The position numbers and the translations under genes are program-made. Of a stretch of 64,000 bases of DNA, positions 9,461-19,711 are shown piece by piece; the first letter of the stretch is position 1; the number at the start of each line of letters is the position of its first letter. The notes under the pieces are model-generated. The model was not told where the DNA came from and did no database searches. It saw nothing but the letters and a program-made list of their open reading frames with translations. The stretch spans positions 2,580 to 66,579 of the forward strand of contig DAMALH010000016.1 of the NCBI GenBank assembly GCA_032000125.1, written 5' to 3'. Source of the stretch: Buttiauxella sp. (GTDB taxonomy: Bacteria; Pseudomonadota; Gammaproteobacteria; Enterobacterales; Enterobacteriaceae).

Positions 9461-10825
9461 TTAATCACAGGAAACTTTCATCGCCAGCCCACCGCGTGAA
9501 GTTTCGCGGTATTTGGCGTTCATGTCCTTGCCGGTTTCATACATCGTTTCGATAACTTTATCGAGGGAAACGCGCGGCTCGCTGGTGCGACGCATCGCCA
9601 TACGAGCGGCGTTGACCGCTTTCACCGCGGCAATAGCGTTTCGCTCAATGCATGGCACCTGAACCTGGCCCGCGACCGGGTCGCAGGTAAGCCCGAGGTT
9701 ATGTTCCATGCCGATTTCCGCCGCGATACAAACCTGTGCCGGGCTGCCGCCCAATAGCTCCGCAAGGCCTGCCGCCGCCATTGAACAGGCTACGCCGACC
9801 TCGCCCTGGCATCCTACTTCTGCCCCGGAAATCGAAGCGTTCATTTTATACAGGGACCCGATAACGCCCGCCGCCAGGAAATAGCGCGCGCAGGAGTTTG
9901 CGTTTACTTCCCGGATGAACTTATCGTAGTACGCCAGCACCGCAGGGACGATACCGCAGGCGCCGTTGGTTGGGGCGGTAACAACTCGGCCGCCCGCAGC
10001 GTTCTCTTCGTTAACCGCCAGGGCAAACATGTTGATCCAGTCCACCACGGCCATTGGGTCGGAGTTGTTCTTATCGCTGCTTACCAGCATCCTGCGTAAC
10101 GCTGCCGCACGGCGCGGTACACGCATTTTGCCCGGCAGCACGCCTTCGGTGGTGATGCCGCGTTCAATGCCGCCGCGCATCACTTGCCAGACGTTGGCGA
10201 AATGCGCGTCGATTTCCGCCTGGCTATGCATTGCTCGTTCGTTTTGCATCATCAGTCCCGAGAGCGACAGGCCGGTTTCATCGCAGTGTTTGCGTAAATC
10301 CGTTGCGTTCTTATACGGATAAGGCACAGCAACTTGTTGGGTATCTTCCTGCCCAAAATGCGCCTCATCGACGATAAAGCCGCCGCCGATGGAATAGTAT
10401 GTCTGGCCGTACAATGCCTTATCGCCTGCCATCGCCGTGATTCGCATACCGTTTTCATGCAGAGAGAGGTTGTCGGTATGGAAATTCATGCAGCGGTCTA
10501 CCGGGAATTCCACCTCGTGCGCGCCATTAGCCAGCATCAGTCGGCCATGGGTGTTCACATCCTGAATGAAATGCGGAATGGCATCGATATTCACGGTATC
10601 CGGCAGGTTACCTGCGAGTCCCATAATAATTGCGATATCGGTATGGTGGCCTTTACCGGTCAGAGAGAGCGAGCCATAAACGTCAACAATGACGCGGGTG
10701 ACATCGCGCAATATCCCTTGCGCAATTAAGTCATCAGCGAACTGTTTGCCAGCCTTCATTGGGCCGACGGTATGGGAGCTGGAAGGTCCGATACCGATTT
10801 TAAAAATGTCGAATACGCTAATCAT
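9461..10825 (-). CDS. sdaB: L-serine dehydratase 2 (iron-sulfur dependent)
   Basis: ORF track, 454 aa, starting MISVFDIFKIGIGPSSSHTVGPMKAGKQF... It lies downstream of sdaC as in E. coli. Confidence 0.95.
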   Translation of the reverse strand: MISVFDIFKIGIGPSSSHTVGPMKAGKQFADDLIAQGILRDVTRVIVDVYGSLSLTGKGHHTDIAIIMGLAGNLPDTVNIDAIPHFIQDVNTHGRLMLANGAHEVEFPVDRCMNFHTDNLSLHENGMRITAMAGDKALYGQTYYSIGGGFIVDEAHFGQEDTQQVAVPYPYKNATDLRKHCDETGLSLSGLMMQNERAMHSQAEIDAHFANVWQVMRGGIERGITTEGVLPGKMRVPRRAAALRRMLVSSDKNNSDPMAVVDWINMFALAVNEENAAGGRVVTAPTNGACGIVPAVLAYYDKFIREVNANSCARYFLAAGVIGSLYKMNASISGAEVGCQGEVGVACSMAAAGLAELLGGSPAQVCIAAEIGMEHNLGLTCDPVAGQVQVPCIERNAIAAVKAVNAARMAMRRTSEPRVSLDKVIETMYETGKDMNAKYRETSRGGLAMKVSCD

Positions 10826-10864
10826 GATGCGTCCATTGCGTGAGTGACTTTGAAGGGGGAGGTA

Positions 10865-11056
10865 ACCGCCCGCAGAAAGCGGGCGGTTTTACTTTTTGAC
10901 AAAGAAAGAAAAAACGTGGTTTTTCCTTCTTTGTGGTCATCTGTCGAAAATTAATGAATTAATTTTCCATGTTAATTTTTCATCGGGATATTTTCTTCTC
11001 GCTACCGCAAGAGATTTGTTATCCGTTTCTGACCGCCCGCAGAAAGCGGGCGGTTT
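10865..11056 (+). repeat. MITE-like structured repeat, copy B (diverged): 142-bp core (10890-11031) flanked by identical 25-bp hairpin copies (10865-10889 and 11032-11056)
   Basis: The direct repeat is ACCGCCCGCAGAAAGCGGGCGGTTT, present twice. Internal hairpins lie at 10899-10934 and 10946-10967, homologous to those of copy A. The element sits in the sdaC-sdaB intercistronic region. Confidence 0.75.
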
Positions 11057-11075
11057 AACGCTAATCGTTGCTGAA

Positions 11076-12365
11076 TTAGCCGAACAGAGAGTAAGAGATA
11101 GCGGAGATAGCAATCAGGCCCATTACCACAACGAATACGTTGCTGATATGGCCGCTGTATTTACGCATGGCAGGTACTTTCTGAATAGCGTACATCGGCA
11201 TCAGGAACAGGATCATCGCGATCACCGGGCCGCCCAGGGTTTCAATCATCCCCAGGATGCTTGGGTTCAGGGTAGCCACAATCCAGGTAGTGATCAGCAT
11301 GAAGATAGCGGTGATACGGTTCAGCTTGTTGATTTCAATGCTTTTACCTTTGCCGCGCAGCGACTTGATAACCATACCGTTGAAGCCTTCACGGGCGCCT
11401 AAATAGTGGCCAAGGAAGGATTTGGTGATGGCAACAATCGCAATGATCGGCGCCATCCAGGCGATAACCGGTGCGTTAAAGTGGTTGGCCAGGTAAGACA
11501 GAATAGAGATGTTCTGCGCCTTGGCTTCGGCCAGATCCGCAGGGGAGAGGCTCAGTACGCAACTGAACACGAAGAACATTACCGTCAGCACCATCATGAT
11601 GTGCGCATAGGACAGGATGCGGGAACATTTCTTCTCAGCGCCTTCGCCGTATTCATTACGTTTTGCTACCGCGAATGCAGAGATAATAGGCGAGTGGTTA
11701 AAGGAGAACACCATTACCGGAATTGCCAGCCACAGCGTCATCCACAGGCCGCTGCCGGTCGCCGGCGACGCGCTGAAGGACATGCTTTCGAATGCCGCGC
11801 CGCTCCAGTTAGGAATCAGGTACAGCGCCAGCATCATCAGTGCCGCCACAAACGGGAACACCAGAATGCTCATCGCTTTAACGATCATTTGCTCGCCGAA
11901 GCGCACGATGGTCATCAGGCCAACAATCAGAATCAGGGACAGGATAGCGCGCGGTGGAGAAACCATACCCAACTGGTGAGTAATAAAGCTGTCCACGGTG
12001 TTGGTGATGGCTACGCTATACACCAGCAGGATTGGGTAAATGGCGAAGAAGTAAAGCAGGGTAATGATTTTACCGGCGCCAACGCCAAAGTGCTCTTCTA
12101 CAACTTCGGTAATGTCTTCGCCAGGATTTTTACCGGACAGCACAAAGCGGGTTAAGCCGCGGTGCGCAAAGAAGGTCATCGGGAAAGCAAGAATGGCCAT
12201 AATAAACAGCGGAATAAGGCCGCCAACGCCTGCGTTAATCGGCAGGAACAGCACGCCAGCACCGATGGCAGTGCCATACAGGCCAAGCATCCACATGGTA
12301 TCTGACTTACGCCAGGAACTTTTTGTCTCGACAGAGGCAATACTGCCGGTTTGTGTAGTATCCAT
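11076..12365 (-). CDS. sdaC: Serine:H+ symporter SdaC
   Basis: ORF track 11076..12407. I prefer the ATG at 12365 ([37 protein letters not shown]), which has a GGAGAAG Shine-Dalgarno upstream and matches the E. coli SdaC N-terminus. Confidence 0.95.
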   Translation of the reverse strand: MDTTQTGSIASVETKSSWRKSDTMWMLGLYGTAIGAGVLFLPINAGVGGLIPLFIMAILAFPMTFFAHRGLTRFVLSGKNPGEDITEVVEEHFGVGAGKIITLLYFFAIYPILLVYSVAITNTVDSFITHQLGMVSPPRAILSLILIVGLMTIVRFGEQMIVKAMSILVFPFVAALMMLALYLIPNWSGAAFESMSFSASPATGSGLWMTLWLAIPVMVFSFNHSPIISAFAVAKRNEYGEGAEKKCSRILSYAHIMMVLTVMFFVFSCVLSLSPADLAEAKAQNISILSYLANHFNAPVIAWMAPIIAIVAITKSFLGHYLGAREGFNGMVIKSLRGKGKSIEINKLNRITAIFMLITTWIVATLNPSILGMIETLGGPVIAMILFLMPMYAIQKVPAMRKYSGHISNVFVVVMGLIAISAISYSLFG

Positions 12366-12791
12366 CAACTTCTCCAGAAAGAATGATTTTTGCAAAATTT
12401 CAGTCAATAACGATGCTTATCAAATGACCGCTGAAACTAAATTCTGTGTCAGGCCTTTTTTCTAGTAATTTTGACCCGTGACTATCGGCGGGCGGAAAGA
12501 TACATTTATGCCATCAATGTATCAGTGATCGCGATCCCAAATGCAAGAATCAACCATCCGAGCAGTTATTGGCGATATTTCAAACTGGATGTGATCATTC
12601 ATGCAACATTTATGCGCAAAAATATTAGCATTTGTGAAAGATGCAATATATTCGATACGAGTAAATAGTTGATTTTTGTCTACATAAAGAGGATTAAACA
12701 GCATTTTAACGAGGGGAATATATAAATGGCATGATGTCTTACGGCAGAGCGGACGGGAAAAGCAATCGTTTGGCCTGCGAGGCAACAGAAG

Positions 12792-12815
12792 AAAAAAGGC
12801 GACATTGCTGTCGCC
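12792..12815 (-). terminator. Intrinsic terminator downstream of ppnN
   Basis: The minus strand reads GGCGACAGCAATGTCGCC followed by TTTTTT, immediately after the ppnN stop. Confidence 0.7.
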
Positions 12816-12827
12816 TGGGCCAGTGAA

Positions 12828-14192
12828 TCAGGTGCAGATTTCGTAGCAGGGGATATAGGCGCTACCGGGGAGTTTCATACGGTGCTGCGCTACAAAGCCC
12901 TGTAGCAGATCGTCCATGCGTTTCATCATTCGGGCATCGCCGTGGATTTTGTACGGACCGTATTGTTCGATGGCGCGAATACCACCCTCTTTTACGTTCC
13001 CTGCCACAATGCCGGAGAAAGCCCGACGCAAAGAGGCGGCCAGCTTTTCTGCCGGCTGATTCGGGTAAAGATTGAGATCCGCCATATTTTCATGTGTTGG
13101 CTCAAACGGCATTTGTAGATCCTGCGCGATGCGCATCGACCAGTTAAAGCTATAGGCGTCGCCTGTTTCACGCCGATTCTCTTTCACCTGCGGCATGGCC
13201 TTTTTCATCAGGCGGGCCACTTCCGGCGCGTCATCAATAATAATTTTATAGTGACGACGTGCCTGTTCACCAACGGTGCTGACGATAAACTCGTCCAGCA
13301 CGCGGAAGTAATCCGCGCTCTCTTTCGGGCCGGTCAGAATCAGCGGCAGGATCTGATCGTGGTTGTGCGGATTCATCAGAATACCCAACAGATACAGCAG
13401 CTCTTCTGCCGTGCCCACGCCGCCCGGGAAGATGATTATGCCGTGGGCGATACGGACAAAGGCTTCCAGACGCTTTTCGATATCCGGCATGATGATCAGC
13501 TCGTTGACCAGCGGATTAGGCGGCTCAGCGGCAATGATCGACGGTTCTGTCAGGCCGATAAAGCGCCCCTCTTTATAGCGCTGCTGCGCGTGCCCCACGG
13601 CTGCACCTTTCATCGGCGCTTCCATCGCGCCCGGCCCGCAGCCGGTGCAGATATTCAGCTCACGCAGCCCCAGTTGGGTGCCGACGCGGCGTGCATACAG
13701 GTATTCGTTTTCGTTAATGGAGTGCCCGCCCCAGCAGACGACGAGGTTTGGCGCCTCGCCGACGTGCAGCGCACGGGCGTTGCGTAGAATCGAAAACACC
13801 ATATTGGTGATATGCGAGGAGTCTTCCAGATCAAGGTTCTGGAAGCGGCCTGCGTTTGCGAGCTGGCCGTTAACAAACAGAATGTCGCGTAATACCGCGA
13901 ACAGGTTAGCCTGCAGGGCGCGGATAATGCGGCCATCGACAAAGGCGTCTTCCGGTGGATTGATAAGCTCCAGCTTAACGCCGCGTTCACGGCGCAACAC
14001 GTTGATATCAAAGTTTTCGTAGCGCGAGAGAAGTTCTTTGCTGCTGTCGGTCTGGCTGCCTGAGTTAAGGACGGCAAGCGAACAGTTGCGGAAAAGTTGG
14101 TAAATGTCGCTGCTGGCCGTGCGTTTAAGCATATCGACTTCCAGTTGCGACAGCATATCCATTGAGCCAAGAGGGCTAATATGTGTAATCAA
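12828..14192 (-). CDS. ppnN: Pyrimidine/purine nucleotide 5'-monophosphate nucleosidase PpnN (YgdH, LOG family)
   Basis: ORF track, 454 aa. [29 protein letters not shown]...[10 protein letters not shown] matches E. coli PpnN. Confidence 0.9.
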   Translation of the reverse strand: MITHISPLGSMDMLSQLEVDMLKRTASSDIYQLFRNCSLAVLNSGSQTDSSKELLSRYENFDINVLRRERGVKLELINPPEDAFVDGRIIRALQANLFAVLRDILFVNGQLANAGRFQNLDLEDSSHITNMVFSILRNARALHVGEAPNLVVCWGGHSINENEYLYARRVGTQLGLRELNICTGCGPGAMEAPMKGAAVGHAQQRYKEGRFIGLTEPSIIAAEPPNPLVNELIIMPDIEKRLEAFVRIAHGIIIFPGGVGTAEELLYLLGILMNPHNHDQILPLILTGPKESADYFRVLDEFIVSTVGEQARRHYKIIIDDAPEVARLMKKAMPQVKENRRETGDAYSFNWSMRIAQDLQMPFEPTHENMADLNLYPNQPAEKLAASLRRAFSGIVAGNVKEGGIRAIEQYGPYKIHGDARMMKRMDDLLQGFVAQHRMKLPGSAYIPCYEICT

Positions 14193-14306
14193 GTTAACTC
14201 CTTACGGAGCGAGTGTGCCGCTCCCAATGATTACAATAGCCCTGCCTCATCGAATTTAACAACCCGAAAACCATTACTCCGTTATCGCCTGCGAGGCATT
14301 TCGCAT

Positions 14307-15149
14307 TTATTGACGAACGAGGCGGCCAAAGGCCGGATGGAAATCGGTATTGGTGCGCCACGGGTTGATATCCAGCCCGCCGCGGCGGGTATAACGCGCA
14401 TAGACGCTCAGCGACTGTGGCCCGCAAAAACGCTGGACGTCGTTGAAAATGCGTTCAACGCACTGCTCATGGAATTCGTTATGGTGGCGGAATGACACGA
14501 GATAACGCAGCAGCTTTTCACGGTCAATACGCGGGCCGCGATAACGAATCTGCACTGAACCCCAGTCGGGCTGATGGGTAATCAGGCAGTTGGATTTCAG
14601 AAGGTGGCTGACCAGCGTTTCTTCTACGATTTCGTCTCCGGCGGCACCCGTCAGATAATCGGCACTGAATTCATAGCTATCGATAACGATGTTCTGCTCA
14701 TCGATGCACTCGCCGTTGAAAGCGGCGATTTCCTGGGCTTCAAGCTCGTGCAAACGGAACAGCACGACGCTGACATCGCCCTGTGCGCAGGCGCTCAGGT
14801 CACGCGTTAAGGTTTCCTGTACGCTTTCCCAGCCGCTAAAGCGCGTCTGGTTAAAACTGTTGAGATAGAGCTTAAAGCTTTTGGATTCAACGAGGTTCAC
14901 GCTGTTAGCATCAAGCTGTACGTGCCCAACGGCCACCTGCGGCAGGCCGTTATCGTTTAGCCAGGACAGTTCGTATAGCGTCCAGATATCGCCACCGGTA
15001 AAGGGCAGGTTATCCGCCCGCAGGCCTAACGGATCGCGGTTCAGACTGCGCGGCACGGCCTGAAGCAGGCCGGGTTCGTAGGTGTCCTGGTAAGCGGTTG
15101 GCTTGCCCAGCGTCAGGCCGCTCAGCGCCTGGTGTTTTTCATAAGACAT
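14307..15149 (-). CDS. queF: NADPH-dependent 7-cyano-7-deazaguanine reductase QueF
   Basis: ORF track, 280 aa. It has the [16 protein letters not shown] active-site cysteine region and the C-terminal [16 protein letters not shown]. Confidence 0.95.
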   Translation of the reverse strand: MSYEKHQALSGLTLGKPTAYQDTYEPGLLQAVPRSLNRDPLGLRADNLPFTGGDIWTLYELSWLNDNGLPQVAVGHVQLDANSVNLVESKSFKLYLNSFNQTRFSGWESVQETLTRDLSACAQGDVSVVLFRLHELEAQEIAAFNGECIDEQNIVIDSYEFSADYLTGAAGDEIVEETLVSHLLKSNCLITHQPDWGSVQIRYRGPRIDREKLLRYLVSFRHHNEFHEQCVERIFNDVQRFCGPQSLSVYARYTRRGGLDINPWRTNTDFHPAFGRLVRQ

Positions 15150-15217
15150 GTGTCACCGATAGAATGCAGGTACAATTGGCCTCTATTGTACCGCAGCCTT
15201 AGGTGAGTGAGAAATTG

Positions 15218-15766
15218 ATGGATAACGATGTGCGCCAGGCGCTGGAAGCATTTACCGAACGTTTTTGTACGCAGTGGCGTGAGCAAACCGGCGGCTGGCC
15301 CGCAAGCGAAGAGCTGTACGGCGTTCCGTCACCCTGCATTGTCACCACCACCGGCAGCGACGTGCGCTGGCAGCCGCAACCTTTTTCCCTTGAGGACGAT
15401 TTAAGCGGCGTTGCGCGCGCGCTGGATATCTCGCTCCAGCCGGCGGCCCATCAGTTTTATACCACACAGTTCGCAGGCGATATGCCCGCGCTATCCGGCA
15501 GCGTGGTTTTGACGCTTCTGCAGGCCTGGAGCGAGGACGACTTTCAGCGCGTTCAGGAAAATCTCATCGGCCACCTGGTAACGCAGAAACGTCTGAAACT
15601 CCCACCGACCCTTTTTCTGGCCACCACGCAGGACGAAATGGAAGTGGTGTCGCTGTGCAACTTAAGCGGTGAAGTGGTGCTGGAAAAAATTGGCACTAAG
15701 CAGCGCACGACGCTGGCGCCCTCGCTGGTGGCATTCCTGGAATCGCTCCAGCCGCGGGTTATTTAG
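15218..15766 (+). CDS. syd: SecY-interacting protein Syd
   Basis: ORF track 15203..15766 starts at a GTG. I prefer the ATG at 15218 ([16 protein letters not shown]...). YGVPSPCIV...YTTQFAGDM...[18 protein letters not shown] matches E. coli Syd. Confidence 0.9.
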   Translation: MDNDVRQALEAFTERFCTQWREQTGGWPASEELYGVPSPCIVTTTGSDVRWQPQPFSLEDDLSGVARALDISLQPAAHQFYTTQFAGDMPALSGSVVLTLLQAWSEDDFQRVQENLIGHLVTQKRLKLPPTLFLATTQDEMEVVSLCNLSGEVVLEKIGTKQRTTLAPSLVAFLESLQPRVI

Positions 15767-15785
15767 CCCGGTCGCGCAGCTTGCG

Positions 15786-15803
15786 TGTGAGAGATCTCTT
15801 ACA
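15786..15803. promoter_or_regulatory. UvrY (SirA/GacA-type) response-regulator binding palindrome upstream of csrB
   Basis: TGTGAGAGATCTCTTACA is a perfect 18-bp inverted repeat identical to the UvrY site described upstream of E. coli csrB. It lies about 190 bp upstream of the inferred csrB 5' end. A half-site-like TGTAAGAGATCG follows at 15809-15820. Confidence 0.75.
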
Positions 15804-15979
15804 AACCCTGTAAGAGATCGCTAACTTTTTAGCAGGCATTGGCTGACCGCTATTATTGCATTCCTTTACTTTTCAAACTGTTGGATATCTGCCGCTTGGC
15901 TTTCGAACGAAAGTTTATGGGAACTATCCCGCCGGGTCCCTTGTCACAAACGGCCAAATAAGAGATCCTGTATTCATCG

Positions 15980-16349
15980 ACAGGACGTCGAATAGTGAAG
16001 GCGACATCAGGATGACGTCCCTTCATGCGGAAGCGGAACACGTCAGGAAGGCGTTACAGGGAAGGCTTCAGGAAGAAGCAAGGAACCACTCAGGATGAGT
16101 AAGGGACACCTCCAGGAAGGAGAATGAGAGCCGAATCAGGGTGATTGGCGGGTCAGGAAGACTAAAGGATTTCGCAGCAGGATGATGCAGGACACCAGCA
16201 GGATGCCGGTTGCAGGATGCATGTACGATGGATTGTAGGTCAGGAGACCGCAGGACAAAGTTGTCACGGACGAGCAGGGAGCACTAAAAGTAGCCGGATT
16301 AGCTGCGAAACGAACCGGGAGCACTGTTTATACAGTGCTCCCTTTTTTT
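15980..16349 (+). ncRNA. csrB: CsrB, the CsrA-sequestering sRNA (5' end approximate)
   Basis: By my hand count there are more than 20 GGA triplets, many as CAGGA(U/A)G in short hairpin contexts (for example ACATCAGGATGACGT, CTCCAGGAAGGAG). The 3' end, GAGCAGGGAGCACTAAAAGTAGCCGGATTAGCTGCGAAACGAACC plus terminator GGGAGCACTGTTTATACAGTGCTCCCTTTTTTT, is almost identical to E. coli CsrB. The gene lies between syd and yqcC as in E. coli. Confidence 0.9.
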
Positions 16350-16419
16350 ATGCTTTTTTTCGCCAGGCCAAAGAAGTGATATGCTTGCCCGCTTTATTGG
16401 CCTGACGTATGAGGTTTTT

Positions 16420-16749
16420 ATGGAACGCCATGCGCTGGTACGCCAGCATTTACAAGCAATCGAACAGGTTTTACGCGATCACCAGCAGTGGCAGGGTATT
16501 GCTCCGCAGCCTGCCGCCTTTGAAAGCACGCAGCCATTTTGTATGGATACGCTGGAGCCGCATGAGTGGCTACAGTGGGTGCTGATTCCGCGTATGCACG
16601 CGCTTATCGACAGCAAACAGCCGCTGCCATCTTCTTTTGCCATTGCCCCCTATTATGAAATGGCGCTTGATGCCGCCCATATCGGCCGCGAACCGCTGCT
16701 GGCCGCCCTGCAGGAGCTGGACGTTCTGTTTGCCGGTGCCGCCGACTGA
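16420..16749 (+). CDS. yqcC: DUF446 protein YqcC
   Basis: ORF track 16381..16749. I prefer the ATG at 16420, preceded by GAGG. STQPFCMDTLEPHEWLQWVLIPRMHALIDSKQPLP matches E. coli YqcC. The stop overlaps the truC start (TGATG). Confidence 0.85.
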   Translation: MERHALVRQHLQAIEQVLRDHQQWQGIAPQPAAFESTQPFCMDTLEPHEWLQWVLIPRMHALIDSKQPLPSSFAIAPYYEMALDAAHIGREPLLAALQELDVLFAGAAD

Positions 16750-17531
16750 TGCTGGAAATCATCTATCAGGACGAATGGCTGGTAGCGGTGAACAAACCGT
16801 CTGGCTGGCTGGTGCACCGTAGCTGGCTGGACCGGCACGAAAAAGTCTTCGTGATGCAAACCGTGCGCGATCAAATCGGCCAGCACGTGTTCACCGTCCA
16901 TCGTCTGGACAGGCCGACGTCCGGCGTGCTGCTGATGGGGCTTTCAAGCGAGGTTGGGCGGCTACTGTCGCAACAGTTCGAAAATCATCAGGTTCAGAAG
17001 CGTTATCATGCAATAACTCGCGGCTGGCTTGAGGATGAGGCGGTGCTGGATTACCCGCTAACCGAGGAGCTGGATAAAATTGCTGACAAGCATGCCAGCC
17101 AGGATAAAGGCCCGCAGCCTGCGGTAACCCATTATCGCGGCGTGGCGACGGTTGAAATGGCGGTGTCGGCGGGACGTTACCCGACGGCGCGCTACAGCCT
17201 CGTGGAACTCGAACCGCAGACCGGCCGCAAGCACCAGTTGCGCCGCCACCTTTCGCACCTGCGCCATCCTATTATTGGCGATTCGAAGCACGGTGATTTG
17301 CGCCAGAATCGCGCTGCTGCGGAACATTTCGGCTGCCAGCGTTTAATGCTGCACGCAAGTCACCTTCAGCTTAATCACCCGGTTACCGGCGAGCCGCTCG
17401 TTTTGCGCGCGCAGCTTGACGATACGTGGATGCAGATGATGTCACAGTTTGGCTGGCACGGCATGCTCAGCGATATCGAAAAGGTTGAGTTTGCGGCAGG
17501 CAACCGTCAGGATGAAAACCAGAAACCCTAA
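16749..17531 (+). CDS. truC: tRNA pseudouridine(65) synthase TruC
   Basis: ORF track, 260 aa: MLEIIYQDEWLVAVNKPSGWLVHRS...HRLDRPTSGVLL (catalytic Asp motif). Confidence 0.95.
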   Translation: MLEIIYQDEWLVAVNKPSGWLVHRSWLDRHEKVFVMQTVRDQIGQHVFTVHRLDRPTSGVLLMGLSSEVGRLLSQQFENHQVQKRYHAITRGWLEDEAVLDYPLTEELDKIADKHASQDKGPQPAVTHYRGVATVEMAVSAGRYPTARYSLVELEPQTGRKHQLRRHLSHLRHPIIGDSKHGDLRQNRAAAEHFGCQRLMLHASHLQLNHPVTGEPLVLRAQLDDTWMQMMSQFGWHGMLSDIEKVEFAAGNRQDENQKP

Positions 17532-17547
17532 TCCAGGAAGTTAACCG

Positions 17548-17997
17548 ATGGCCGAAGTGGGAATTTTTGTTGGCACCATGTATGGAAACTCGCTGCTGGT
17601 GGCAGAAGAAGCCGAAGCGATTTTGATAAAGCAGGGACACAAAGCGACGGTGTTTGAAGACCCGGAGCTGGCAGACTGGCAACGCTACCGCCAGCATTAC
17701 GTGCTGATTGTCACCTCGACCACCGGCCAGGGCGATTTACCCGACAGTATTGTTCCGCTGTTTCAGGCCTTAAAAGACGAAGTGGGTTACCAGCCGGAGC
17801 TACGCTACGGGCTGATTGCCCTGGGCGACAGCAACTACGACCATTTCTGCGGCGGCGGTAAAAAGTTTGATGCGCTGCTCCAGGAGCAGGGCGCAACGCG
17901 AGTGGGGAGCGTGCTGGCAATCGATGCTAACGATCACCCCGAGCCGGAAGCGGTCGCCAATCCCTGGGTTGAGCAGTGGGCTAAGCTGCTGGGCTGA
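17548..17997 (+). CDS. yqcA: Flavodoxin-like protein YqcA
   Basis: ORF track, 149 aa. It has the flavodoxin signature VGTMYGNS...[11 protein letters not shown]. Confidence 0.9.
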   Translation: MAEVGIFVGTMYGNSLLVAEEAEAILIKQGHKATVFEDPELADWQRYRQHYVLIVTSTTGQGDLPDSIVPLFQALKDEVGYQPELRYGLIALGDSNYDHFCGGGKKFDALLQEQGATRVGSVLAIDANDHPEPEAVANPWVEQWAKLLG

Positions 17998-18011
17998 ATT
18001 AATTCTTTCCC

Positions 18012-18046
18012 GGCGGGTAAGCGGCAGCGCTACCCGCCTTATTTTT
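18012..18046 (+). terminator. Intrinsic terminator-like hairpin after yqcA
   Basis: GGCGGGTAAGCGGCAGCGCTACCCGCC is followed by TTATTTTT. Confidence 0.6.
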
Positions 18047-18355
18047 GCGGCCCATGTCACCGCGTCTATCCACCTGCCCGCAAACCCGTCCCCCTCGATT
18101 TTCTACTTTGTTGCAAAAAGCGTGAACCATCCCTCGGCTTTATGGACAGACGCCAGAAACTGCTCGAACGTTGAGCATCAAACTTGTGTCTTTGCACGAT
18201 GAGGCCAGCCAGTTCCCTCCATATACTTTCTTCCGGTTAAGTAATAAAACCGCGCAAACCAGCGTAATAGCTCGTTTCGCTAATAAAAATACCGTGCCAA
18301 AAACCAAGCACCCTTTCCGTTACCCTACAAATGCTGTTTAGTTCAGGAGTGCATC

Positions 18356-19711
18356 ATGAACACAATTAGCCAAACGGCGAGCGTGGTCGAAAAAAGGACT
18401 AACGCCCGCTACTGGATAGTGGTGATGCTGTTTATCGTCACTTCATTTAACTATGGCGACCGCGCCACCCTGTCTATTGCCGGCTCCGAGATGGCAAAAG
18501 ACATCGGGCTTGACCCCATCGGTATGGGATACGTTTTCTCCGCGTTCTCATGGGCCTATGTCATCGGCCAGATTCCGGGCGGCTGGCTGCTTGACCGCTT
18601 CGGGTCGAAGCGCGTCTATTTCTGGTCCATTTTCATCTGGTCGATGTTTACCCTTTTGCAGGGCTTCGTCGATATCTTTAGCGGCTTTGGCATTATCATC
18701 GCGCTGTTTACGCTGCGTTTTCTGGTGGGCCTGGCCGAAGCGCCATCTTTCCCCGGCAACAGCCGCATCGTGGCGGCCTGGTTCCCGGCGCAGGAGCGCG
18801 GCACCGCGGTCGCCATTTTTAACTCCGCGCAATATTTTGCGACAGTGATCTTTGCCCCGGTGATGGGCTGGCTGACGCACGAAGTGGGCTGGTCGCACGT
18901 GTTCTTCTTCATGGGCGGGCTGGGTATCGTCATTAGCTTTGTCTGGCTGAAGGCGATCCACGACCCTAACAGCCATCCGGGCGTGAACAAAAAAGAGCTT
19001 GAATACATCGAAGCGGGCGGCGCGCTCATTAACATGGATCAGAAAAAGGCCAAAGAGCACGTTCCCTTTGCACAAAAGTGGGGCCAGATCAAACAGTTGA
19101 TTGGCTCACGCATGATGATTGGCATCTATATCGGCCAGTATTGTATCAATGCCTTAACCTATTTCTTTATCACCTGGTTCCCGGTTTATCTGGTGCAGGA
19201 AAAGGGAATGTCGATTCTGAAGGCGGGCGTTGTGGCTTCGGTGCCAGCGGTATGTGGATTTATGGGCGGCGTGCTGGGCGGGGTTATCTCCGACTGGCTG
19301 TTGCGCCGCACCGGTTCGCTAAATATTGCGCGTAAAGCGCCCATCGTGCTGGGAATGTTGCTCTCGGTCAGCATGGTGTTCTGTAACTACGTGCAGGCTG
19401 AATGGCTGGTGGTGGGCTTTATGGCGATGGCTTTCTTCGGCAAGGGCATCGGTGCGCTGGGCTGGGCCGTGATGGCCGACACCGCGCCAAAAGAGATCAG
19501 CGGTCTGAGCGGCGGTCTGTTTAACATGTTCGGCAACGTTTCCGGCATCGTGACGCCAATTGCTATCGGCTACATTGTCGGGGTCTCCGGCTCGTTTAAC
19601 GGCGCGCTGATTTACGTCGGGGTCCACGCCATTGTCGCAGTGCTTAGCTATCTGGTGATCGTTGGCGATATCAAACGCATAGAACTCAAACCCGTCATCG
19701 CAGGACGATAA
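18356..19711 (+). CDS. gudP: MFS glucarate/galactarate transporter GudP
   Basis: ORF track, 451 aa, polytopic MFS (anion:cation symporter type). It is the first gene of gudPXD. Confidence 0.9.
   Translation: MNTISQTASVVEKRTNARYWIVVMLFIVTSFNYGDRATLSIAGSEMAKDIGLDPIGMGYVFSAFSWAYVIGQIPGGWLLDRFGSKRVYFWSIFIWSMFTLLQGFVDIFSGFGIIIALFTLRFLVGLAEAPSFPGNSRIVAAWFPAQERGTAVAIFNSAQYFATVIFAPVMGWLTHEVGWSHVFFFMGGLGIVISFVWLKAIHDPNSHPGVNKKELEYIEAGGALINMDQKKAKEHVPFAQKWGQIKQLIGSRMMIGIYIGQYCINALTYFFITWFPVYLVQEKGMSILKAGVVASVPAVCGFMGGVLGGVISDWLLRRTGSLNIARKAPIVLGMLLSVSMVFCNYVQAEWLVVGFMAMAFFGKGIGALGWAVMADTAPKEISGLSGGLFNMFGNVSGIVTPIAIGYIVGVSGSFNGALIYVGVHAIVAVLSYLVIVGDIKRIELKPVIAGR

Noticed and set aside
10896-11402. A 168-aa plus-strand ORF starting inside repeat copy B and running antisense into sdaC
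   Set aside because: Its N-terminus is just the translation of the repeat hairpin. The similar KKEK..FFLLC string in the 40652..40852 ORF comes from the same repeat. The remainder is antisense to sdaC.
12408-12827. Small ORFs (65 and 87 aa) and a possible 31-codon ORF in the AT-rich sdaC upstream region
   Set aside because: None has a convincing Shine-Dalgarno at proper spacing or any recognisable motif. The region is better read as the long sdaC regulatory region plus the ppnN terminator.
15853-16405. Four short ORFs (62-80 aa) between syd and yqcC
   Set aside because: The region is the csrB promoter and the CsrB RNA. The repeated GGA motifs give spurious G-, R- and Q-rich translations.
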